The position numbers and the translations under genes were made by a program. The notes beneath the pieces were generated by a model that ran no database searches, was not told the origin of the DNA, and was given only the letters and a program-made list of their open reading frames with translations. A stretch of 32,000 bases of DNA from Formosa sp. Hel1_33_131. Its GTDB lineage: Bacteria; Bacteroidota; Bacteroidia; Flavobacteriales; Flavobacteriaceae. Position 1 is the stretch's first letter. Each line of letters opens with the position of its first letter. This document shows, one piece after another, positions 1 to 6,491 of this stretch. The stretch lies in NCBI RefSeq assembly GCF_001735745.1, contig NZ_CP017260.1:900001-932000 (forward strand), given 5' to 3'.

Positions 1-888
1 TATCAGAGAATTGTGACGTTCCTAATAATACTGAACAAGGTTTTGTCTATAGAAGACACTCAAGTCAATGTTAATGGGACTAATATTTCTACAACTATTG
101 AGGGTTTAACGCCTAACACGACTTATTATGTAAGGGCTTTCTTGACTAACACTTTAGGAGAATTTTACAGTAATGAAGTTAGTTTTTCTACTGAAGAAGA
201 GATAACAGGAAGTTGTGATGGAGCGCCTTATCCAAGTATTGTTTACGGAACTCAAGAATGGACTGTTGAGAATGCTTGCCACACTACTTATAGAGATGGC
301 ACGCCTATACCACAAGTTACAGATAATGATGAATGGCGTTATTTAACTACAGGGGCTTGGTGTTATTATGGAAACGACCCTACCAATGAAGTGTTGTATA
401 ATTGGTATGCGGTAGCAGGTATTCACGATACAGACCCTAACACACCTAACAAAGAATTTGCACCAGAGGGCTGGCACGCACCAAGTAATCTTGAGTGGAC
501 TACCCTTGAAAACTATCTTATAGCAAATGGTTATAATTATGATGGTACAACCACAGGAAATAAAATAGCTAAGTCAATGGCATCAACAACAGGATGGTTA
601 AGCTCAACAACACTAGGAACTCCAGGCAACAACCAAAGCACTAACAATAGTAGCGGCTTTAACGCCTTCCACACGGGCACTCGCTCATATTATGGAACAA
701 TGAGCCCGGGTGATGATTTTGAACCTGAAGAATATGTTGTATTTTGGTCTTCAACTGGTTTTAATAATAATATTGAAAATTATGGTGCTTTTAGTCGCAA
801 CTTGTACTACGACAGTAGTAGTCTCGAAACAGCTTACATAGACTATAGTGCAGCACACGGCTTCCCTGTTCGTTTAGTCAAAGACTAA
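1..888 (+). CDS. Fibrobacter succinogenes major paralogous (FISUMP) domain protein with an upstream Fn3-like repeat; 5' partial
   Basis: Frame 1 is open from base 1, and the track ORF starts at GTG 13. 'GLTPNTTYYVRAFLTNTLGEFYSNEVSFST' is an Fn3-like repeat. 'GTQEWTVENL..YRDGTPI..WYAV..APEGWHAPSNLEWTTLENYL...GFPVRLVKD*' matches FISUMP hallmarks. A possible frame switch near base 50 is described in findings. Confidence 0.75.
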   Translation, partial: YQRIVTFLIILNKVLSIEDTQVNVNGTNISTTIEGLTPNTTYYVRAFLTNTLGEFYSNEVSFSTEEEITGSCDGAPYPSIVYGTQEWTVENACHTTYRDGTPIPQVTDNDEWRYLTTGAWCYYGNDPTNEVLYNWYAVAGIHDTDPNTPNKEFAPEGWHAPSNLEWTTLENYLIANGYNYDGTTTGNKIAKSMASTTGWLSSTTLGTPGNNQSTNNSSGFNAFHTGTRSYYGTMSPGDDFEPEEYVVFWSSTGFNNNIENYGAFSRNLYYDSSSLETAYIDYSAAHGFPVRLVKD

Positions 889-1108
889 CAACTCTACTAA
901 TAGGTAAAGGCAAGTTAGTTGCTTCTATCAAATAGCTTCCATTGTCTGTTTTAACCGTATATTTAAGCTTATCTATTCGTTCTATACTGATAATGGTTTT
1001 GGCGTTGTTTTCAGCCAATTTAAAGGCAATATAGCGGCATTGAATGTCGTCTATTTCAGTAGCTTCTAAAAGGTGCTTAAAAAGGCTGTTTTGGTTTGTT
1101 GTTTTCAT
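878..1108 (-). CDS. Hypothetical 76-aa protein, last gene of the int-xis-rep module
   Basis: ORF co-oriented with the rep-like gene. It overlaps the FISUMP stop by 11 nt. No recognisable motif. Confidence 0.4.
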   Translation of the reverse strand: MKTTNQNSLFKHLLEATEIDDIQCRYIAFKLAENNAKTIISIERIDKLKYTVKTDNGSYLIEATNLPLPISRVVSL

Positions 1109-1177
1109 AGGTTTTTTTGTTGTTTAGACTACACGATATGGTGTAATATATACATACATCATTGTATGTACATCAAA

Positions 1178-2320
1178 TTATTTAGGTATTAGATTTTTTG
1201 CTTGTATTTCGTCAATAAATTCACGCCACATTTTTCGATTGTGAGTAATAGTTTTTACGCCCACTTCGTTCATATTCACAATGCGTAATAAATCAGCTTT
1301 TAGATTACCTCTTGCTGAATGGTTTTTAATGTCTGGGTGGAACTCACTAACATAATATGGGATTGCTTCTTCAATATTGCATTTGACTAATTCAGCGTGT
1401 TTAAGCATTGCATAGTATTTAAATTTTTGTGACAGTGTCATTCCTTCTTTATGGCTTATTTCTCTGTATCCAGTCATATATTTTGACATTGGTCTATTAA
1501 AGACTTGAAGAAAGGCTCTATTTAATTCCAGCTTCAATAAGTCGTTTAAAGTTTTGACATTATATCCGTAAGTTTTGAAGTGTTGATTGTTTTTAATTGT
1601 TGTTTCTACACGAAGCAATCTATCATCATCAAAGAATTTATTTTGAGGATACCTATTGCCATCTAAATCAACCAGCTCGCCATTTAATTCAGCCTTTAAA
1701 TATGTTTCATAAAATGCAGTACTATTGTGTTTTAGTTCTACTGCTTTTGCATAATATTTAAGAAACTGCTTTGAATAAAAAGCCTTACCAACCTTACTTC
1801 TATTACCCCACCAGATGCCACAATTATTTTCCTCTCTTTTGCTATACACATTTATGTTTTTGCTTGGGATTGTTAGGTCTTTGCAAACCTTAATAACCTT
1901 TTTAATTCTTGTGTCTTTGGTGTCTAAATGATAATCAATACAGAAATCCACATCTACCACTAAAGCGTTTAAAAACTTCTCTTTTGTTATCGTAATTAAT
2001 CCCTCTCTATTTATAAAATGGAAACATTGTTTTATGGTTTGCTTGTCAATTCCCTTAAAGTAGTTTTGCTTTAGTGATTTGGATGAAAAGCCAATGTAAA
2101 GCGTATCAATGCCAAATGGTCTTTTAATAGCATAGCTACAACTTATTATCTCATTAGGATTAAAGTAAGTTGTGTTTACGTGTTCCTCTATCACTTCGCC
2201 ATCATCATTTGAAGTAGTGATTGAACGCATAAAAGAGCTGTGTTCTTTGTTTACGATTACCTCGCTTAAAGGCAGATGAATTCGCAAACTATCTATTTTC
2301 GGTTTGCCTAGTGGTATCAT
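1178..2320 (-). CDS. Putative rolling-circle replication initiator (Rep_trans / phage CRI-like)
   Basis: 380 aa. 'VDVDFCIDYH', 'WWGNRSKVGKAFYSKQFLKYYAK' and 'LRVETTIKN' resemble the conserved blocks of Rep_trans-type initiators as I recall them. The gene sits 3 nt downstream of the HTH gene. The assignment rests on motif resemblance only. Confidence 0.45.
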   Translation of the reverse strand: MIPLGKPKIDSLRIHLPLSEVIVNKEHSSFMRSITTSNDDGEVIEEHVNTTYFNPNEIISCSYAIKRPFGIDTLYIGFSSKSLKQNYFKGIDKQTIKQCFHFINREGLITITKEKFLNALVVDVDFCIDYHLDTKDTRIKKVIKVCKDLTIPSKNINVYSKREENNCGIWWGNRSKVGKAFYSKQFLKYYAKAVELKHNSTAFYETYLKAELNGELVDLDGNRYPQNKFFDDDRLLRVETTIKNNQHFKTYGYNVKTLNDLLKLELNRAFLQVFNRPMSKYMTGYREISHKEGMTLSQKFKYYAMLKHAELVKCNIEEAIPYYVSEFHPDIKNHSARGNLKADLLRIVNMNEVGVKTITHNRKMWREFIDEIQAKNLIPK

Positions 2321-2323
2321 CTA

Positions 2324-2599
2324 TTACTGCAATAAATCTGTAATCTCGCCTCTTTTATATAGTTTCTTTGCACCAATTCGTTTGAAAGGAATTAGTCCTT
2401 TTTTTTCTTTTCGATACAAAGTAGTGTGGCTTATATTTAAAAGGTTTTGGACATCTTTTGAAGTTAGATAGTCTTCATCGGAACTTTGGCGTGCAATTGC
2501 CTCGTCAAATAATTCTCTTATTTGTAGCTTTAACAGTTCAGTGATTTGTTGTGATAATTCGGAAGGAGTTACTCCTTGTACTTGTGTGATGGTACTCAT
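2324..2599 (-). CDS. Helix-turn-helix (excisionase/MerR-like, HTH_17-type) DNA-binding protein
   Basis: 91 aa. 'LTSKDVQNLLNISHTTLYRKEKKGLIPFKRIGAKKLYKRGEI' is a typical excisionase-family HTH. It lies between the integrase and rep-like genes. Confidence 0.75.
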   Translation of the reverse strand: MSTITQVQGVTPSELSQQITELLKLQIRELFDEAIARQSSDEDYLTSKDVQNLLNISHTTLYRKEKKGLIPFKRIGAKKLYKRGEITDLLQ

Positions 2600-2727
2600 T
2601 TAATTAAATTTTAAGTTAATAATAAGAGTACTCGTGATTTTTACTATTTTTGTAGAGTATTAAGGTCTTCGAAAATTTTAATACTTACTGATTGAGCTAC
2701 TTTTCACGAGTGGCTCTTTCTTTTTTA

Positions 2728-2735
2728 CAAATCTA
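2728..2735 (-). promoter_or_regulatory. Candidate Bacteroidota -7 box (TAGATTTG on the minus strand) for the xis/rep operon
   Basis: The plus strand reads CAAATCTA, the reverse complement of TAnnTTTG. It lies about 130 nt upstream of the HTH gene start. Confidence 0.4.
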
Positions 2736-2948
2736 TACTGTGTTACACTGATACACAATGCTCACTCACAAATATTACCTGTAAGTTTTTAACGTCAAGT
2801 AAGAATAACCTTACTTTCCTTCTTAAAAGTTTTCGCATTTAATATGAAATTAAACCCTCAAACTGTTTCTTGTTCTCTGTTGGCTTTTTTCTTATATCGT
2901 TTTATCTCATAATAGTTATTAACATATCTAATTTCAAAAACGCAGATT

Positions 2949-4181
2949 TTACGTCAAGTGTTGTTTCCACTTGCTAAAGTCTGGTCTTGCTTCCGCTACA
3001 TAAGTGTAGAGCATTTCATTTGTTTTGTGTCCAGTAAACTTTCTGATTTCCTCTGGTGGCATTTTATCAATCCAATAAGTACTAAAAGTCCTTCTGAATA
3101 TTTTTGTTTGGAAATACATATATTTTGGTCTTACAGCCTTAATGTTTCTTTCTACAGTCTTTAACCCATCTTTTCGTTTTACTTCAATTTGTTCGTTTAA
3201 GTAGCTATTTATTTTTGTGTCAATTTTAGCCATCTTGCCCAATGTCTTTAAAGCAATGTTTAGCTTAACATCTGAAACTTTATACGGCAATTCATCACTA
3301 TCATACATTGCCTTTACTTTTGGAAGTGCTGGTATGCGATTGGCTTGACCTTGCTTATTTTGAGAAAAGTCTAACACTAAAATATCATTATCAATCTTAA
3401 ACATACTCTTATTTATGCTTAATAACTCGTTAACTCTTTGACCAGTATTAATTCCGATAATCAACCATTTTCTCGCATTTATTAAGTGTGGTTTGTCAAG
3501 TTTAAGTTCCTCTATTCTTTTTATTTCATCTTCGTCTATTACGATAACTTTTGTGTCTTTGTATTTAGCAGATTTAGATTGTTTGAATTTTTGCCAATAT
3601 CTAAAATCATCTGGAAACTTTGAGGTTCTTGATGCGATTGATAAAACGGATTTAATATGGTCGACATCTTTGTTAATTGTGCCAATTCCGTATTTCTCGT
3701 CTTCTCTTAAATAATTTTTAAATCTGTCCAGTTCTTTAGCAGTCAAATCTTTTAACTCTAAACCCTTATTATATCTCGTTACTTTATCCTTTAGAACCTT
3801 GTAGTTGCTTATTGTGTTTGATGAAAGACCAGTATTAATAAGGTCTTTTATTTTAACATCAATCCAATTAATAAGTAAAGTGTCTTCTTGTTCATCAATT
3901 TCAAAAAACTCGTTACATCTATTATGAAGCCATTCTTTTGTAGGAATATAGTTTTCGCCACGTTCTAAAAACTTTTCTGAGACGTAATCAATACAATTCT
4001 CAACTGCGTGTTTAATTTTGGTAGGGACAGTTTTGTTTTTATAATCTTGTTTTGAAATTAAGAATTTAGTTTTGTAGTGAAGAATAATTTCGCCATCAGT
4101 AACCCCTTTTTTGAAGTGTCGAAGTTTAATGATAGCTTGTGCTTTAGGTTTTCTGCTTCTATATGCTAAATTCAGTTTCAT
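2949..4181 (-). CDS. Tyrosine site-specific recombinase (Bacteroidota-type integrase)
   Basis: About 410 aa. Catalytic-domain signatures are present: 'NTGQRVNELL' (Arg), 'IFRRTFSTYW' and 'TGHKTNEMLYTYV' (His...Tyr nucleophile). The N-terminus looks like an arm-binding region. I placed the start at ATG 4181; the track's TTG at 4190 is the alternative. Confidence 0.9.
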   Translation of the reverse strand: MKLNLAYRSRKPKAQAIIKLRHFKKGVTDGEIILHYKTKFLISKQDYKNKTVPTKIKHAVENCIDYVSEKFLERGENYIPTKEWLHNRCNEFFEIDEQEDTLLINWIDVKIKDLINTGLSSNTISNYKVLKDKVTRYNKGLELKDLTAKELDRFKNYLREDEKYGIGTINKDVDHIKSVLSIASRTSKFPDDFRYWQKFKQSKSAKYKDTKVIVIDEDEIKRIEELKLDKPHLINARKWLIIGINTGQRVNELLSINKSMFKIDNDILVLDFSQNKQGQANRIPALPKVKAMYDSDELPYKVSDVKLNIALKTLGKMAKIDTKINSYLNEQIEVKRKDGLKTVERNIKAVRPKYMYFQTKIFRRTFSTYWIDKMPPEEIRKFTGHKTNEMLYTYVAEARPDFSKWKQHLT

Positions 4182-4187
4182 ATAGTG

Positions 4188-4195
4188 CAAATATA
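4188..4195 (-). promoter_or_regulatory. Candidate -7 box (TATATTTG on the minus strand) for the integrase
   Basis: The plus strand reads CAAATATA, the reverse complement of TAnnTTTG. It lies immediately upstream of ATG 4181, which implies a very short or absent leader. Confidence 0.4.
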
Positions 4196-4200
4196 CAAAT

Positions 4201-4222
4201 TTGTACGATTATTGTACGATTT
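4201..4222. promoter_or_regulatory. Tandem 11-bp direct repeat (TTGTACGATTA / TTGTACGATTT) over the integrase -33 region
   Basis: Two adjacent copies are seen directly. The position suggests an Int/Xis/repressor binding site. Confidence 0.4.
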
Positions 4223-4351
4223 TATGGTATATTTTGAAATAAAAAGAAATTTAAATAAATTTATACTTAATTTATATATCTGTTAAATCCAGATTATAAC
4301 ACCTTTAAACTATTTCATATCATAAACACGTCTTACTACCACCTTGAGTAC

Positions 4352-4380
4352 AAAGCCCACATTCGTGGGTTTTTTTTTTT
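4352..4380 (+). terminator. Rho-independent terminator with no plus-strand gene upstream
   Basis: Stem CCCAC (4356-4360) / GTGGG (4365-4369), loop ATTC, followed by 11 T. Confidence 0.6.
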
Positions 4381-4727
4381 AATACCCGCAAAAGACAACC
4401 TAAAGGAAACCATTTTAAAATTCTAGACTTTTTGGCTATAATGGGCGATGAATGGCTTGCTGAGGTTTTTTATCTGGGTATGCCTTGGTATTTCTTATTG
4501 TAGTAACGTTGTTATCATCGGTTCAAGCGATTGGCCATGCTCCTATAAATCATTTGAACAAACAAAAAGAAAATCTGTTAAAAATTTCCTTTTCTTATTT
4601 GATATATTTGGTTTTTGCGTTTATTTTTTTACCTTTATAATCTACTTGTTTGGCAGTCATAGATTTTTAGGGCAATTAGTCGCTATTTTAGACTAATTTT
4701 AAACTGTAATATCCAAACAAAAACAAG

Positions 4728-4758
4728 AGGACACTGTTAAAGGTGTCCTTTTCTTTTG
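4728..4758. terminator. Bidirectional hairpin terminator downstream of the 156-aa repeat-protein gene
   Basis: Stem AGGACAC (4728-4734) / GTGTCCT (4743-4749). T-rich tracts follow on both strands. Confidence 0.6.
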
Positions 4759-4773
4759 CACTAGATTTAATGG

Positions 4774-5244
4774 TTACTTAGTTACAGTTTTGTTTGTTAT
4801 CATTTCCATTTTTGTGTACTGCTCGGATTTTGATACGACTAAGTTCCATAACGATTTAGCCTCGGCTGTGCATCCCTCAGCGGAGGCGTGTTCCTCTTTG
4901 GTGTAGGGTTCTGCTTCTGGTAAACATTCATTCCAAAATCTCATAGTCTCGGCTGTGCATCCCTTGGCTTCTGAATGTTCTTTTTTGGTGTAGGGCTCGG
5001 CATGTGGTAGGTCGATATTCCAATGTGCCATGGCTATGGCATTGCAGTGTCTGCCTTCGGAATGTTCGAGTTTAATAAATTGTTCGGCGGTTGGTAAGCT
5101 TAAATTCCAGTCAAATATTAACGAACTAGTGTTCCCTTCGTTGGTTTCGTTAAATTGTTGTTTTGTATAAGGTAATTTTTCACCCTTGGTTTGGGCTTCT
5201 TTGTTTGCCAATAACATAGTGTATGCATCTAACTCTTTGTTCAT
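4774..5244 (-). CDS. Acidic protein made of 4 full plus 1 partial copies of a 29-aa repeat (P-Y-T-K-x-E-H-x4-G-C-x7-W-N-x2-L-P-x-A-E)
   Basis: The internal periodicity is read directly from the translation. No signal peptide. I do not recognise the family. Confidence 0.7.
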   Translation of the reverse strand: MNKELDAYTMLLANKEAQTKGEKLPYTKQQFNETNEGNTSSLIFDWNLSLPTAEQFIKLEHSEGRHCNAIAMAHWNIDLPHAEPYTKKEHSEAKGCTAETMRFWNECLPEAEPYTKEEHASAEGCTAEAKSLWNLVVSKSEQYTKMEMITNKTVTK

Positions 5245-5250
5245 TTGAAT

Positions 5251-5619
5251 TTATTTTTTGCTGTTGTTTATTTCGTCCTCGGTGAATGGTTCGGCATCTG
5301 GCAGGCATTCGTTCCATAACACCAATTTTGTTTCACTAAAGCCATAGGTGTTGCTGTATTCTTGCTTGGTGAATGGCTCGGCATCTGGCAAAAGCCGATT
5401 CCATAAGACCATGGCTAGAGCGTCAAAACCTTCGGAGTCGGTATATTCTTTTTTGGTGTAGGCCTCCATAGTGTTTAAAAAAAAGTTCCAATACATTATG
5501 TCTTCGGAGTCGCAACCCGCTACAGCGGCGTGTTGCTGTTTGGTGTAGGGTGCTGACAAACGGTCTTTGATGGCTTTCTGATTGGCGTCTGTAATTTGTT
5601 TGGCGGTTTGGGGTTTCAT
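5251..5619 (-). CDS. Paralogous acidic protein with 3 full plus 1 partial copies of the same 29-aa repeat
   Basis: It has the same repeat consensus as 4774-5244, lies 6 nt upstream of it, and is co-oriented. Confidence 0.7.
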   Translation of the reverse strand: MKPQTAKQITDANQKAIKDRLSAPYTKQQHAAVAGCDSEDIMYWNFFLNTMEAYTKKEYTDSEGFDALAMVLWNRLLPDAEPFTKQEYSNTYGFSETKLVLWNECLPDAEPFTEDEINNSKK

Positions 5620-5743
5620 GATTTTTAGATTTGGGTTAATATTTTTATAGCATAAGTAATATATTTACACTACAAATTAAAGCATTACTATAATATTATG
5701 CAACTGAAACTAAATTTATTTTCAAAATATTACACTTAAACTA

Positions 5744-5751
5744 TAATTTTG
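5744..5751 (+). promoter_or_regulatory. Candidate -7 box TAATTTTG for the XRE regulator gene
   Basis: Exact TAnnTTTG match 27 nt upstream of ATG 5778. Confidence 0.5.
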
Positions 5752-5777
5752 TATTTTTGCTTAAACATAAATACGTT

Positions 5778-6065
5778 ATGAAGATATTAAGGCTAAAAGA
5801 AATACTAAAAGAGAAAGGTATTACAGGAAAAGAGTTCGCTCTTATGGTTAACGTTACGGAGGCTAGTGTCTCAAATCTTGTAAAGGGAGATAGTATCCCT
5901 AGAAAACAATTACTTATTGATATAGCCGCCGCCCTCGATGTCGACTTAAAAGACTTATTTATATCTACCAAACCACAGAAAAACCAGAAAGAGATTATAC
6001 AGACTATAAAAAACTCCATTGAAGATTTAGAGGCACTTTACGATACGATTGATAAAAGGAGTTAA
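5778..6065 (+). CDS. XRE-family helix-turn-helix transcriptional regulator
   Basis: 'MKILRLKEILKEKGITGKEFALMVNVTEASVSNLVKGDSIPRKQLLIDIAAALDVDLKDLF' is a canonical HTH_3 sequence. I prefer ATG 5778 to the track's TTG 5757. Confidence 0.85.
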   Translation: MKILRLKEILKEKGITGKEFALMVNVTEASVSNLVKGDSIPRKQLLIDIAAALDVDLKDLFISTKPQKNQKEIIQTIKNSIEDLEALYDTIDKRS

Positions 6066-6076
6066 ATCGTTTGTCT

Positions 6077-6265
6077 CTCATGCCTTGTTTGTATCTACCG
6101 TAGGTGAATGACGATGAGTTACGTCTTTGCAAGTCGTTTTTTACGACGCGGCAATCTGTTTGTTTTTAGTTTCACTCATGAGATTACTTCGGTCATACTT
6201 CCCTCGTAATGACGCTTGGATGCCTTGTATGTATCGACCGTAGGTGGAATGACGGCGAGTTACAT
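6077..6265. repeat. Upstream part of the 141-bp tandem repeat array (one full unit 6101-6240 plus partial flanking units)
   Basis: The unit aligns base-for-base, at roughly 94-95% by eye, with the units at 7413-7853. Confidence 0.9.
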
Positions 6266-6300
6266 CCCTTATGCCTTAAAGTAACCCTATGGAGTCGGTC

Positions 6301-6359
6301 TTAACTCGTGAATAACCACGAAATAATCGACTAAATTCACGAGTTAATGAATTTAGTCG
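6301..6359. promoter_or_regulatory. Two overlapping perfect palindromes just upstream of the fic -7 box
   Basis: A = TTAACTCGTGAAT (6301-6313) pairs with A' = ATTCACGAGTTAA (6335-6347). B = CGACTAAATTCA (6328-6339) pairs with B' = TGAATTTAGTCG (6348-6359). A' and B overlap, so the two pairings exclude each other. Confidence 0.6.
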
Positions 6360-6369
6360 TGAAAATAAG

Positions 6370-6377
6370 TATCTTTG
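6370..6377 (+). promoter_or_regulatory. Candidate -7 box TATCTTTG for fic
   Basis: Exact TAnnTTTG match about 115 nt upstream of ATG 6492. Confidence 0.5.
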
Positions 6378-6428
6378 CAACATATTAAAAGTGAACCAAC
6401 TCCTGGCTGTCGGCAAAGCGGGCGGCAA

Positions 6429-6456
6429 GCAGGCAGGCAGGCAGGCAGGCAGGCAG
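6429..6456. repeat. Tetranucleotide microsatellite (GCAG)x7 in the fic leader
   Basis: Seven perfect units counted directly. They sit in a GC-rich patch (6404-6458) within AT-rich DNA. Confidence 0.95.
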
Positions 6457-6491
6457 AGCTAACACGTTGAAAAACAATAGATATAAATCAG

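Larger units (their letters stand above)
878..4350 (-). mobile_element. Putative small integrative element (integrase, xis-like HTH, Rep-like, orf76); ends not resolved
   Basis: Co-oriented int-xis-rep gene set inserted directly after the FISUMP stop codon. It is visibly more AT-rich by eye than the flanking genes. An orphan plus-strand terminator at 4352-4380 may be the displaced FISUMP terminator. I could not find att direct repeats by eye. Confidence 0.45.

Noticed and set aside
2798-2817. The hairpin AAGTAAG-AATAAC-CTTACTT, considered as the integrase terminator
   Set aside because: No U-tract follows on the minus strand, and it lies about 130 nt beyond the stop codon. Its function cannot be assigned.
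4452-4540. tRNA-like fragment: a GGTTCAAGC 'T-loop' with a possible acceptor pairing ATGGCTT / TGGCCAT, which would be attractive as an integrase target
   Set aside because: The G53-C61 geometry does not fit, U8 is missing, and no credible D or anticodon arms can be drawn. I consider it a chance resemblance.
4448-4696. An 82-aa ORF whose end (..HRFLGQLVAILD*) loosely resembles the FISUMP C-terminus (..HGFPVRLVKD*), suggesting a displaced gene 3' end or att duplication
   Set aside because: DNA identity is limited to TTAGTC and GACTAA. The rest of the ORF is T-rich and of low complexity with no FISUMP similarity. The evidence is too weak to call.
5741-6019. A 92-aa minus-strand ORF antisense to the XRE regulator gene
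   Set aside because: It is fully overlapped by a gene with a clear HTH signature, and its translation is hydrophobic and of low complexity. It is a typical shadow ORF.
6391-6462. A GTG-initiated 23-codon uORF spanning the (GCAG)7 tract, considered as a feature call
   Set aside because: It has a weak start codon only about 7 nt from the predicted TSS, and conservation cannot be assessed. I mention it only as a possible mechanism in the SSR finding.
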